Shown: one piece after another, positions 47,179 to 55,653 of the stretch
Layout: each line of letters opens with the position of its first letter
How positions within the stretch are numbered: position 1 is the stretch's first letter
Source of the DNA: an uncultured Pelagibacteraceae bacterium
Lineage (GTDB): Bacteria > Pseudomonadota > Alphaproteobacteria > Pelagibacterales > Pelagibacteraceae
DNA length: 64,000 nt
Assembly: GCA_902571425.1 (NCBI GenBank)
Contig: CACGBZ010000003.1
Coordinates: 13,091-77,090 of the forward strand
Reading direction: 5' to 3'
Program-made: the position numbers and the translations under genes
Notes under the pieces: generated by a model
The model's database searches: none
The model's input: only the letters and a program-made list of their open reading frames with translations
What the model was told of the DNA's origin: nothing

Positions 47179-47615
47179 TAAAAAAAATTTATATAGTATT
47201 TTTTTTGTTATTTTTTACTCACATTTCGTTTGCTAATGAAATTTTTGTCTCTCTTAAAAAAAATAAAGTAAACGTTCGTTACGGACCAAGTTTTGAATCT
47301 GATATTAAATACGTTTATAAAAAAATAAATCTTCCGTTAAAACAAATCGATAAAAAAGAGAATTTCAGGCGAATTATAGATTTAAAAAATAACAGTGGGT
47401 GGATTCATATCTCTCAATTAAAAAAAAGTAATTCTGTAATAGCTATGAAAGATAAAGTTTTATTTAAAAAACCTACATCTTTTGCTAAACCAATTGCTCA
47501 AATAAAAGAGGGAAGATTATTAATTGTAGAAAAATGTGAACAAAATTGGTGTAAAATTATATCAGAAGAATTTGAAGGTTGGATTAAAACAGATAATATT
47601 TGGGGACTAAATTAA
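47163..47615 (+). CDS. Exported SH3b-like (DUF1058-type) protein
   Basis: Signal peptide plus two SH3-like repeats (..VNVRYGPS..GWI.., ..CEQNWCKI..EGWI..). Confidence 0.6.
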   Translation: MLMQIIKKIYIVFFLLFFTHISFANEIFVSLKKNKVNVRYGPSFESDIKYVYKKINLPLKQIDKKENFRRIIDLKNNSGWIHISQLKKSNSVIAMKDKVLFKKPTSFAKPIAQIKEGRLLIVEKCEQNWCKIISEEFEGWIKTDNIWGLN

Positions 47616-48211
47616 CTAAAATCAGTAGATAAAGAGACTATATTTTCTTTAGATAACTTTGTGCTATGAGAATACTCTTTATGGTCAATTCCAAGCTCAA
47701 TTTCTGAGCTATTAGATTGAAATTTTTCTATTTGATCATCAGTAAAATTAAAATGAATAAACTGTACTGATGAAGCTTTTCCTTCAGAAGAAGTTCTATC
47801 AACATCTTCTTCGGGAACTGCTTTAATTTTCTCACCATTTATTTTCATAAATACTGTTTCTTCTATTCCACCAACTTTTCCGAGAAACGCAGCCCTTGAT
47901 ATAGGATTGTCTATTTCAAACATTAAAGTTGCTGTCAGTTCTTTGCCGTTAGGTATTAAAGGATTGTAAGCAGTTAACTCATCCTGAAGTTGCTCATCAC
48001 CACCTTTTTCAATGTATAGCATTTCTTGTACTTGAGCTAACATTGTTTCATAACTTTCAAAATAAAAAGTAGCATAAGGCCCTAAAGCAACTCTTCTATT
48101 TTTTTTATAATCAACAATACTTTTTCTTAATTCACGTCTCTTTTCTATATAAACATCTAAAGGCATGATGTCTTCTTTTTGAATTTCTCTTTTTTCTCTA
48201 GGCATGATCAT
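47612..48211 (-). CDS. DUF3501-like protein (no cysteines), function unknown
   Basis: 199 aa; ..GPYATFYFESYETMLAQVQEML.., ..YNPLIPNGKELTATLMFEI... Start overlaps the stop of the upstream Fe-S gene (ATGA). Confidence 0.6.
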   Translation of the reverse strand: MIMPREKREIQKEDIMPLDVYIEKRRELRKSIVDYKKNRRVALGPYATFYFESYETMLAQVQEMLYIEKGGDEQLQDELTAYNPLIPNGKELTATLMFEIDNPISRAAFLGKVGGIEETVFMKINGEKIKAVPEEDVDRTSSEGKASSVQFIHFNFTDDQIEKFQSNSSEIELGIDHKEYSHSTKLSKENIVSLSTDFS

Positions 48212-49539
48212 AAGTTATAACTTTTTGCCACCAATTCGATAGGGTGTAGTGCCTCATCATTAGATATGTTTGTATCAACTTCTAACTGTTTTAAATGTTT
48301 ACCAGCTAAAGGACAATCAGAAGCCATATACTTATTATTTTTAGTTTTTATTTGTCTAGCTGTAGGTCTTCCAACTTTATTTGCTAAATCATGAGTTTCT
48401 TTCATTACTCCAAAAGTTCCTCCATGACCTGCACATCTTTCAACTACATCAATTTTAATGTTTGGTATCAATTTTAACATATCTCTTGCTTTAATACCCA
48501 TATTCTGTGCTCTAGCATGACAAGCATGATGCACGGTTACTCCTCCATCAATCTCATTTAATCCTTCTGCTAATCCCTCATTGTTTGCAATATCCACAAC
48601 ATACTCATCAATATCCATAACATTTGAAGATAATTTTTTAATTTTTTCATCGTTTGGTAATAACAAGGGCCATTCGAATTTTAACATCAATCCACAACTA
48701 GCTGTTAAGGTTACTACTGTATATCCTTTATCAATCCATTCAATTAAATCTTTAGAAACTTTTTTCGCTTGTTCAACAACTTTTGGCAGATCTGCTTGCT
48801 CTAAAAATGGCATCCCACAACAACCAGGATAAGCTTCTTGAACCTCTACACCATTTTTTTTTAAAACTTTTAAAGCAGCAACACCCGTATTTTTTTTATT
48901 AAAATTTACAAAACAAGTTGAATAAATAACTACTTTTCTATCTTTAGAAGGTGTTAGATAATTTATCTTATCTTTATTTTTTTTAAAAAATTTAGAAAAA
49001 GTTTCTGAGTTATATTTTGGTAACTGAACTCTTTTATCTATTCCAGTAATTAGTTCTAAGATTTTTCTAATTAATTTATTTTTAATATTTGATGCCCAGT
49101 TAACTATTTTTGAGAACATAATACCAATTTTAGCGTTTCGATCTATTTGAGCTAATTGTGTTGGTACGCTTGGTAATTTACCTAATTTTTTTTGAGCCGT
49201 TCTATATCGCAGCATTAAATGTGGAAAATCCAAATCAAAATCATGAGGTGGAACATATGGACATTTAGTCATAAAACACATATCGCACAAAGTGCATGCA
49301 TCAACGACAGGAGCAAATTGATCACTAGATAAGCTTTCAACATCCTCATTTTTAGACTCATCAATCATGTCAAATAGTTTTGGAAATGAATCGCAGAGAT
49401 TAAAACATCTTCTGCATCCATGACAAATATCAAACACTCTCCTCATTTCAGCATCTAATTTTTCAGGATTTAAAAAATCAGGATGCTCAAAATCTATAGG
49501 ATGTCGTATAGGTGCACCTAAACTTCCTTCTTTGCTCAT
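48208..49539 (-). CDS. HdrD/GlpC-like iron-sulfur oxidoreductase (two 4Fe-4S motifs plus CCG domains)
   Basis: CHGCRRCFNLC and CTLCDMCFMTKCP ferredoxin-type motifs; CCG domains ..YSTCFVNF...YPGCCGMPF.. and ..HHACHARAQ...VERCAGHGG... Confidence 0.8.
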   Translation of the reverse strand: MSKEGSLGAPIRHPIDFEHPDFLNPEKLDAEMRRVFDICHGCRRCFNLCDSFPKLFDMIDESKNEDVESLSSDQFAPVVDACTLCDMCFMTKCPYVPPHDFDLDFPHLMLRYRTAQKKLGKLPSVPTQLAQIDRNAKIGIMFSKIVNWASNIKNKLIRKILELITGIDKRVQLPKYNSETFSKFFKKNKDKINYLTPSKDRKVVIYSTCFVNFNKKNTGVAALKVLKKNGVEVQEAYPGCCGMPFLEQADLPKVVEQAKKVSKDLIEWIDKGYTVVTLTASCGLMLKFEWPLLLPNDEKIKKLSSNVMDIDEYVVDIANNEGLAEGLNEIDGGVTVHHACHARAQNMGIKARDMLKLIPNIKIDVVERCAGHGGTFGVMKETHDLANKVGRPTARQIKTKNNKYMASDCPLAGKHLKQLEVDTNISNDEALHPIELVAKSYNL

Positions 49540-49571
49540 ATAATTAAGTTTTTTGAAATTCGAATTGTTTT

Positions 49572-49594
49572 TAGTGGGCGTTAGTCGCCCACTA
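49572..49594 (-). promoter_or_regulatory. GC-rich intercistronic stem-loop after the rubrerythrin gene (no U tract)
   Basis: TAGTGGGCG-ttagt-CGCCCACTA: perfect 9-bp stem in the 65-nt rubrerythrin/Fe-S gene spacer. On the sense strand it is followed by AAAAAC, so it is not a canonical terminator. Confidence 0.6.
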
Positions 49595-49604
49595 AGAAAT
49601 TTTA

Positions 49605-50021
49605 TTAGCTAATAGTCTCTAAAGTTTTTTGAAATTTACCAGCGTGTGATTTTTCAGCTTTAGCTAAAGTTTCAAACCAGTCAGCAATTTCTTCAAAGCC
49701 TTCTTCTCTAGCTGTTTTAGCCATACCAGGGTACATATCAGTATACTCATGAGTTTCGCCTTGTACTGCCGAAGCTAAATTTGCTTTTGTTTCACCTATT
49801 GGCATACCAGTTCCTGGATCACCAACTTCTTCTAGATACTCCAAATGACCATGTGCGTGACCAGTTTCACCTTCGGCTGTTGATCTAAAAACTGCAGCTA
49901 CATCATTGTAACCTTCTATGTCAGCTTTTTGTGCGAAATAAAGATATCTTCTATTTGCTTGACTTTCACCAGCAAATGCTTCTTTTAAATTTTCTTCTGT
50001 TTTACTTCCTTTTAAAGACAT
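49605..50021 (-). CDS. Rubrerythrin-family di-iron protein lacking the rubredoxin domain (erythrin type)
   Basis: ..[17 protein letters not shown].., ..[10 protein letters not shown].., ..QGETHEY.., ..AEKSHAGKF.. (E/ExxH ligand sets). No Cys residue, hence no C-terminal rubredoxin. Confidence 0.88.
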   Translation of the reverse strand: MSLKGSKTEENLKEAFAGESQANRRYLYFAQKADIEGYNDVAAVFRSTAEGETGHAHGHLEYLEEVGDPGTGMPIGETKANLASAVQGETHEYTDMYPGMAKTAREEGFEEIADWFETLAKAEKSHAGKFQKTLETIS

Positions 50022-50071
50022 TTTTTCTCCTTTTTAATGATTAACAAATCATATAATGCATATTATCAGTA

Positions 50072-50097
50072 TGTCAATAGTTTAGAATTATTATAAT
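50072..50097 (-). promoter_or_regulatory. Rubrerythrin operon promoter (-35 TTGACA) preceded by an Irr-box-like site TTTAGAA-TTA-TTATAAT
   Basis: Minus strand: ATTATAATAATTCTAAA-cta-TTGACA-N16-TATATG...AAGGAGaaaaaATG. The box occupies 50081-50097 and the -35 element 50072-50077. Confidence 0.5.
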
Positions 50098-50126
50098 GTA
50101 GATTTTAAGTGTATGATTTAATTAAA

Positions 50127-50555
50127 TTATTTTTGAGTTTGATTATCACTCGCAACTCTAACTAACACTTCAACAGAATTTATTTTTTTTCCTGTAATAT
50201 TTTTTTTAATATTTATTTTGTCTATATCGCTCTCATCACAATCGATTAGCTCATGCGTATCTTCATCAAAAAAATGATGATGTGCTGAGGTGTTTGTGTC
50301 AAAATAACTTTTTTGACTATCGATTGAAATTTCTTTTAAATATCCTTTTTTTTCAAATGCATGAACTGTGTTATAAACTGTTGCTAGAGATATCTTTTCA
50401 TTCATTTTTTCAGATATCATTTTAACCAAATCGTTAATTGTGAAATGGAAAGTTTTTTCTCTATTATACAAAACTTCACACATTTTTATTCTTTGCTTAG
50501 TAGGTCTAAGCCCAACTTCTCTCAATTTTTCAATAAAATTACAGTTTTTTGGCAT
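50127..50555 (-). CDS. irr: Fur-family regulator of the Irr (iron response regulator) type
   Basis: ..GLRPTKQRIKM.., ..SLATVYNTVHAF.., ..YFDTNTSAHHHFF.. (the HHH motif of Irr). No CxxC zinc sites. Lies next to fabA-fabB-fabI as I recall for Rhizobiales. Confidence 0.8.
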   Translation of the reverse strand: MPKNCNFIEKLREVGLRPTKQRIKMCEVLYNREKTFHFTINDLVKMISEKMNEKISLATVYNTVHAFEKKGYLKEISIDSQKSYFDTNTSAHHHFFDEDTHELIDCDESDIDKINIKKNITGKKINSVEVLVRVASDNQTQK

Positions 50556-50560
50556 TGTTT

Positions 50561-50577
50561 TTTATAATTATTCTAAA
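50561..50577. promoter_or_regulatory. Second Irr-box-like site (reverse complement TTTAGAA-TAA-TTATAAA) in the irr/fabA divergent spacer
   Basis: Plus strand tttataattattctaaa; 6-22 nt upstream of the irr ATG and 70-86 nt upstream of the fabA ATG. Matches the 50081-50097 site at 15 of 17 positions. Confidence 0.45.
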
Positions 50578-50646
50578 GTATGAATAAAAATATAGTGTTT
50601 TATTATATTATATTAGGATTAAATCAAGTATTAAGGGTGCTCTAAT

Positions 50647-51147
50647 ATGAAAAAAAACTCATACTCCTATGATGATCTAATAACTTGTGGGAATGGTGAT
50701 CTTTTTGGTCCTGGTAATGCAAAATTACCACTCCCGCCAATGCTTATGTTTGACAGAATAACGGAAATCAATGAAAATAATGGAGCGTTTAATAAAGGCT
50801 CTTTAAAAGCTGAATTAGATATTAAAGATGATCTTTGGTTTTTTGATTGTCATTTTAAAAAAGATCCAGTTATGCCAGGGTGCCTAGGTTTAGATGCTAT
50901 GTGGCAACTGGTAGGTTTTTTTCTAGGTTGGCTAGGAAATCCTGGAAAAGGAAGAGCTCTAGGAGTGGGTGCTGTGAAATTTACAGGTGAAGTATTACAG
51001 AGTGTAAAAAATGTAAGATATGAAATAGATATGAAAAAAATTATGTCTCCTGGTGGAACAACTGTTGGGCTTGCAAATGGAATTGTTCTTGCAGATAATA
51101 AAAAAATATATTCAGCAGAAAGTTTAAAAGTGGGGTTATTTAAATAA
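50647..51147 (+). CDS. fabA: 3-hydroxydecanoyl-ACP dehydratase/isomerase
   Basis: ..[27 protein letters not shown].. (FabA active-site region). Confidence 0.95.
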   Translation: MKKNSYSYDDLITCGNGDLFGPGNAKLPLPPMLMFDRITEINENNGAFNKGSLKAELDIKDDLWFFDCHFKKDPVMPGCLGLDAMWQLVGFFLGWLGNPGKGRALGVGAVKFTGEVLQSVKNVRYEIDMKKIMSPGGTTVGLANGIVLADNKKIYSAESLKVGLFK

Positions 51148-52358
51148 TGAGAAGAGTGGTTATTACAGGTTTAGGTGTTGTTTCTTGTTTAGGAAATAAT
51201 CAAGAAGAAGTTCATCAATCTTTATTAAATTCAAAATCAGGAATTTCTTATGCTGAAGATTATAAAGAGCATAACCTGAAAAGCCATGTTCATGGTAAAC
51301 CAAATATTAAACTTGAGGATCATATAGATAGAAAAACAATTAGATTTATGGGATCAGGCTCAGCTTACAATTATATTGCAATGAAAGAGGCTATTGAAGA
51401 CTCTGGATTAGAAGAAAGTGAAGTAAGTAATTTTAAAACTGGGATTGTAATGGGTTCCGGTGGCCCATCAATTGAAAACGTAATACTTGCAGCAGACAAA
51501 ACTAGAGCTAAAACTCCAAAACTAATGGGACCCTTTATTGTTCCAAGAACAATGGCCAGTACTGCTTCAGCAACACTTGCAGTACCATTTAAAATTAAAG
51601 GAACCAACTACACAATGAGTTCTGCATGTGCAACTAGTGGACACTGCATAGGAAATTCTATGGAATTAATTCAAATGGGCAAACAGGATATTGTTTTTGC
51701 AGGTGGAAGTGAAGAAATTCATTGGGCAATGACAGCAATGTTTGATGCAATGACTGCATTGTCTTCAAAATATAATGATACTCCTCAATCTGCGTCTAGA
51801 GCTTATGATAAAACTAGAGATGGGTTTGTAATTGCAGGTGGTGCAGGCGTATTAGTACTTGAAGAATACGAACATGCCAAAGCACGAGGTGCTAAAATAT
51901 ACGCAGAATTAACTGGTTATGGAGCAACTTCAGATGGATATGATATGGTAGCTCCATCAGGAGAGGGTGCTGTCAGATGTATGAAAATGGCGATGGCAAC
52001 TGCTAAAAATAAAATTGATTACATTAATACTCACGGAACATCTACTCCAGTTGGAGATATAACTGAGCTTAATGCTATTAAAGAAACTTTTGGAGAAGAC
52101 ATTCCAAAAATAAGCTCAACAAAATCTTTATCGGGTCATCCTTTAGGGGCTGCTTCAGTGCATGAAGCAATCTATTGTTTGATAATGATGAAAAACAATT
52201 TCATAACAGGATCAGCAAATATTACAGATATGGATGATGATGCTAAAAAATTTCCTATAGTTTCAAAAACTGAAACGGGAGCAACTTTAAATACAGTAAT
52301 GTCAAATAGCTTTGGTTTTGGTGGAACTAATGCAGCTTTAATTTTTGAAAAGGTTTAA
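51147..52358 (+). CDS. fabB: 3-oxoacyl-ACP synthase I
   Basis: KAS I: ..[12 protein letters not shown].., ..[11 protein letters not shown].., ..[11 protein letters not shown]... Start overlaps the fabA stop. Confidence 0.94.
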   Translation: MRRVVITGLGVVSCLGNNQEEVHQSLLNSKSGISYAEDYKEHNLKSHVHGKPNIKLEDHIDRKTIRFMGSGSAYNYIAMKEAIEDSGLEESEVSNFKTGIVMGSGGPSIENVILAADKTRAKTPKLMGPFIVPRTMASTASATLAVPFKIKGTNYTMSSACATSGHCIGNSMELIQMGKQDIVFAGGSEEIHWAMTAMFDAMTALSSKYNDTPQSASRAYDKTRDGFVIAGGAGVLVLEEYEHAKARGAKIYAELTGYGATSDGYDMVAPSGEGAVRCMKMAMATAKNKIDYINTHGTSTPVGDITELNAIKETFGEDIPKISSTKSLSGHPLGAASVHEAIYCLIMMKNNFITGSANITDMDDDAKKFPIVSKTETGATLNTVMSNSFGFGGTNAALIFEKV

Positions 52359-52361
52359 TTT

Positions 52362-53147
52362 ATGAGTTTAATGAAAGGTAAAAAAGGATTAATCATGGGT
52401 GTTGCAAATGAAAGATCTATCGCCTGGGGTATTTCTCAAAAACTTGCTGAAGCAGGAGCTGAACTAGCATTTACTTATTTAGGTGACGCTTTAAAAAAAA
52501 GAGTAGTTCCTTTAGCAGAAAAATTAAATTCAAATGTCACATTTAGTTGTGATGTTGAAAAAAAAGAAGAAGTAGTAAAACTATTTGAAGATATCAAATC
52601 TCAATGGGGTGAAATTGATTTTGTAGTCCATGCAGTTGCTTTTTCAGATAAATCAGAGTTATCAGGTGAATATTTAAATACGACTAGAGAAAACTTTTTA
52701 AGAAGTATGTTAATATCATGCTTTTCATTTACAGAAGTAGCAAAAGAAGCTTCAAAGGTAATGAAACAAGGTGGAAGTTTATTAACTTTAACTTACGAGT
52801 CTACTAAAGCAATTCCAAATTATAACGTAATGGGTGTTTGTAAATCAGCTCTTGAGGCAAGTGTTAAGTATTTAGCAAGAGATTTAGGAGCCAAAGGTAT
52901 GAGAGTAAATGCTATAAGTGCTGGACCTATCAAGACATTGGCTGCTTCTGCTATCGGAGATGCAAAATTCTTATATAAATGGAATGAAGACCATTCTTTC
53001 CTTAAAAGAAATGTAGATATACATGACGTTGGAAATTCAGCTTTATATCTATTAAGCGACCTTGCAAATGGTGTTACTGGTGAAATTCACTATGTAGACG
53101 CTGGATATAACAAGGTTGGGATGCCAGATCCTAAAAATATCAGCTAA
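52362..53147 (+). CDS. fabI: Enoyl-ACP reductase (NADH)
   Basis: ..GLIMGVANERSIAWGI.., ..YNVMGVCKSALEASVKYLA.., ..NAISAGPIKTLA... Confidence 0.94.
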   Translation: MSLMKGKKGLIMGVANERSIAWGISQKLAEAGAELAFTYLGDALKKRVVPLAEKLNSNVTFSCDVEKKEEVVKLFEDIKSQWGEIDFVVHAVAFSDKSELSGEYLNTTRENFLRSMLISCFSFTEVAKEASKVMKQGGSLLTLTYESTKAIPNYNVMGVCKSALEASVKYLARDLGAKGMRVNAISAGPIKTLAASAIGDAKFLYKWNEDHSFLKRNVDIHDVGNSALYLLSDLANGVTGEIHYVDAGYNKVGMPDPKNIS

Positions 53148-53349
53148 AAAAATAAATCAAAATCGCTACAACAGCCACTATTACTGCATAAACTTTATTT
53201 TCTAGGACTAGCTCAAGAACTAATTTAATACCTTCATGAAAGGCTGTTAATGGCTCTGATAAAATGGGAGCGAACATCATACTTACAAATAAGGCTGGAA
53301 AAGCAAATAATATTCCAAAGTAGATATTTGAATCTCCTTCGTCATGCAT
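53140..53349 (-). CDS. Hypothetical 69-aa two-TM membrane protein
   Basis: ORF-track ORF with two hydrophobic helices and no obvious SD; it is the only coding candidate in this gap. Its 3' end overlaps the fabI 3' end by 8 nt (convergent). Confidence 0.35.
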   Translation of the reverse strand: MHDEGDSNIYFGILFAFPALFVSMMFAPILSEPLTAFHEGIKLVLELVLENKVYAVIVAVVAILIYFFS

Positions 53350-53481
53350 AGCATTAAATAAAAAGACCGTATGTTATAAAAAATAACAAAACATAAGTAA
53401 TCTTGACAGTAAATCTTTTTTTAATGTTATAAAATAATAGGCCTGCTGCACAAATTATAGAGGTTATCAAATATGTAATCA

Positions 53482-53520
53482 TGGTAGGAGTGGCAGGATT
53501 CGAACCTGCCATCCTCTAAT
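53482..53520 (-). other. Orphan tRNA 3' half (T arm + 3' acceptor strand + discriminator + CCA) abutting the pnp stop codon
   Basis: Reverse strand: ..TAA-agaattagaggatg-GCAGG-TTCGAAT-CCTGC-CACTCCT-A-CCA. Canonical T loop. No matching 5' acceptor strand (AGGAGTG), D arm or anticodon arm upstream; that space is the pnp coding end. Confidence 0.7.
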
Positions 53521-53523
53521 TCT

Positions 53524-55596
53524 TTATTCTGCAGCTTGTTTCATAGAAAGTTTAACTTTACCTCTATCGAAACCAATTACTTTGACTTTTACTTCATCGC
53601 CTTCTTTTACAACGTCAGTTACTTTAGCAACTCTCTTATCCGCAAGTTCTGAGATATGAACCAGTCCATCTTGTTTTCCTAAGAAATTAACAAATGCACC
53701 AAACTCCATAATCTTCATTACTTTTCCTGAATAAATTTTATTCAATTCGGCTTTTGCGGTGATGTCTTTAATCATTTGCATTGCGATGTTTCTAGACTCT
53801 TCATCTGGCGCAGCCACTGTTACTACACCTTCGTCATTTACATCTACTTTCGCACCTGATTTTTCAACTATCTCTCTAATCGTTGCTCCACCTTTTCCAA
53901 TCACAGCTGCGATGTCTTTCTTATCAACATTAACTTGTTCCATTTTTGGAGTGTGTTTTCCAACATCTTCTCTTGAAGCTGATAATGCTTTATTCATTTC
54001 TCCCAAGATATGAACTCTCCCATCTTTAGCTTGATTCAATGCCTGTTCCATAATTTCAAATGTAATACCTGTAATTTTAATATCCATTTGAAGAGAAGTA
54101 ATTCCATCTTTAGTTCCAGCAACTTTAAAGTCCATATCACCTAGGTGATCTTCATCACCTAAAATGTCTGATAAGACACTAAAATCATCACCTTCTTTAA
54201 TTAAACCCATTGCAATACCTGCAACTGGCTCTTTAATAGGTACTCCCGCATCCATTAATGCTAAAGATGTTCCACAAACAGTAGCCATTGAAGAAGAACC
54301 ATTGGACTCTGTGATCTCAGATACTACTCTAAAAGTATATGGAAATGCTTCTTTTGTAGGTAATGAAGAATTAATTGCTCTCCAAGCTAATTTACCGTGT
54401 CCGATTTCTCTTCTACCTGTTCCAATTCTTCCAGTTTCTCCAACTGAAAAAGGAGGGAAATTATAGTGAAGCATAAATCGCTCTCTTTGAAGACCATCTA
54501 AACTTTCAATTCTTTGTTCATCATCAGATGTTCCTAAAGTTGCAACAACAATTGCTTGAGTTTCACCTCTAGTAAATAATGCAGAACCATGTGCTCTTGG
54601 TAGAACACCGACTTCACATTCGATAGGTCTTACATCTGATAAGCCTCTACCATCAATTCTATTTTTGTTTTTTAGAATATCAGTTCTAACGATTGATTTT
54701 TCAAGATTTTTTAACTGACTATTAACATCTAGATCAGTATAATTTTCATCTTCTTCATAAAGCTTTTTAGCTTTATCAGTAATCTCTGAAATTTGATTTG
54801 ATCTATCTTGTTTATCTCTTGTTGCAAAAGCTTTCTTAAGATCTTCTGTAAAAGTTTCTTCAAGTTTTTTCTTAACTTCTGATAGATCTTTCTTTTCAAC
54901 AGTCCACTCAGGTTTTCTGCATTCTTTTGCAAGTTCCTCGATCATTTCAATCACTGGAACAAATCCCTCATGACCAAATTTAACTGCATTTAACATTTCT
55001 TCTTCTGTTAAACCATTAGCTTCAGATTCAACCATAAGCACAGCATCTTTTGTACCTGCTACAACTAAATCTAATTTTGATTTTTCTAATTCTACTTTAG
55101 ATGGGTTTAAAACATATTTTCCATCTATAAAACCAACTCTTGAAGCTCCCACAGGTCCCATGAATGGCATTCCTGATATAGCTAATGCAGCTGATGAAGC
55201 AGTGATTGATAAAATATCTGGCTCATTTTCTTTATCGTATGAAATTACTGTTGGTAATAACTGTACTTCATTTTTAAATTCATCAGGAAACAAAGGTCTG
55301 ATTGGTCTATCAATTAATCTAGAGATTAATGTTTCACTTTCAGTTGGTCTTGCTTCTCTTTTAAAATATCCACCTGGAATTTTTCCAGCTGCATAATATT
55401 TTTCTTGGTAATTTACAGATAATGGAAAGTAATCCATATCAGGATTTACTTTTTTTGCTCCTACTACTGTTGCTAATACGACTGTCTCTCCACATGTTGC
55501 GATTATTGCACCGTCTGCCTGTCTTGCTACTTTACCTGTTTCTAAACTTATCTTCTTTCCTGCTACTTCAATTTCCTTCTTGTATACTTTAAACAT
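53524..55596 (-). CDS. pnp: Polyribonucleotide nucleotidyltransferase (PNPase)
   Basis: 690 aa; two RNase PH domains, KH (..[11 protein letters not shown]..) and S1 (..[23 protein letters not shown]..). Confidence 0.97.
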   Translation of the reverse strand: MFKVYKKEIEVAGKKISLETGKVARQADGAIIATCGETVVLATVVGAKKVNPDMDYFPLSVNYQEKYYAAGKIPGGYFKREARPTESETLISRLIDRPIRPLFPDEFKNEVQLLPTVISYDKENEPDILSITASSAALAISGMPFMGPVGASRVGFIDGKYVLNPSKVELEKSKLDLVVAGTKDAVLMVESEANGLTEEEMLNAVKFGHEGFVPVIEMIEELAKECRKPEWTVEKKDLSEVKKKLEETFTEDLKKAFATRDKQDRSNQISEITDKAKKLYEEDENYTDLDVNSQLKNLEKSIVRTDILKNKNRIDGRGLSDVRPIECEVGVLPRAHGSALFTRGETQAIVVATLGTSDDEQRIESLDGLQRERFMLHYNFPPFSVGETGRIGTGRREIGHGKLAWRAINSSLPTKEAFPYTFRVVSEITESNGSSSMATVCGTSLALMDAGVPIKEPVAGIAMGLIKEGDDFSVLSDILGDEDHLGDMDFKVAGTKDGITSLQMDIKITGITFEIMEQALNQAKDGRVHILGEMNKALSASREDVGKHTPKMEQVNVDKKDIAAVIGKGGATIREIVEKSGAKVDVNDEGVVTVAAPDEESRNIAMQMIKDITAKAELNKIYSGKVMKIMEFGAFVNFLGKQDGLVHISELADKRVAKVTDVVKEGDEVKVKVIGFDRGKVKLSMKQAAE

Positions 55597-55653
55597 TTCA
55601 TTTCCATTTCTTTTCGTTCGTTTCGTTCCATTCCATTCTATCTATCTTGACTT
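55597..55653 (-). promoter_or_regulatory. Purine-rich, repeat-mosaic rpsO-pnp spacer (pnp leader), apparently unstructured
   Basis: Sense strand: AAGTCAAGATAGATAGAATGGAATGGAACGAAACGAACGAAAAGAAATGGAAATGAA-ATG. It is about 80 percent purine by hand count, made of short tandem units (GATA, GAATG, GAACG/AAACG, GAAATG), and shows no inverted repeat. Confidence 0.5.

Noticed and set aside
53482-53520. Possibility that the tRNA-like 3' half is the acceptor piece of an alphaproteobacterial two-piece (permuted) tmRNA.
   Set aside because: The acceptor strand CACTCCT-A-CCA would pair G3:C70 rather than the G3:U70 alanine identity pair. It does not match the ..CTCCACCA end typical of tmRNA. The ~130 nt downstream contain no 5' acceptor strand, pseudoknot-like GC segments or tag reading frame. 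Not excluded without a covariance-model search.
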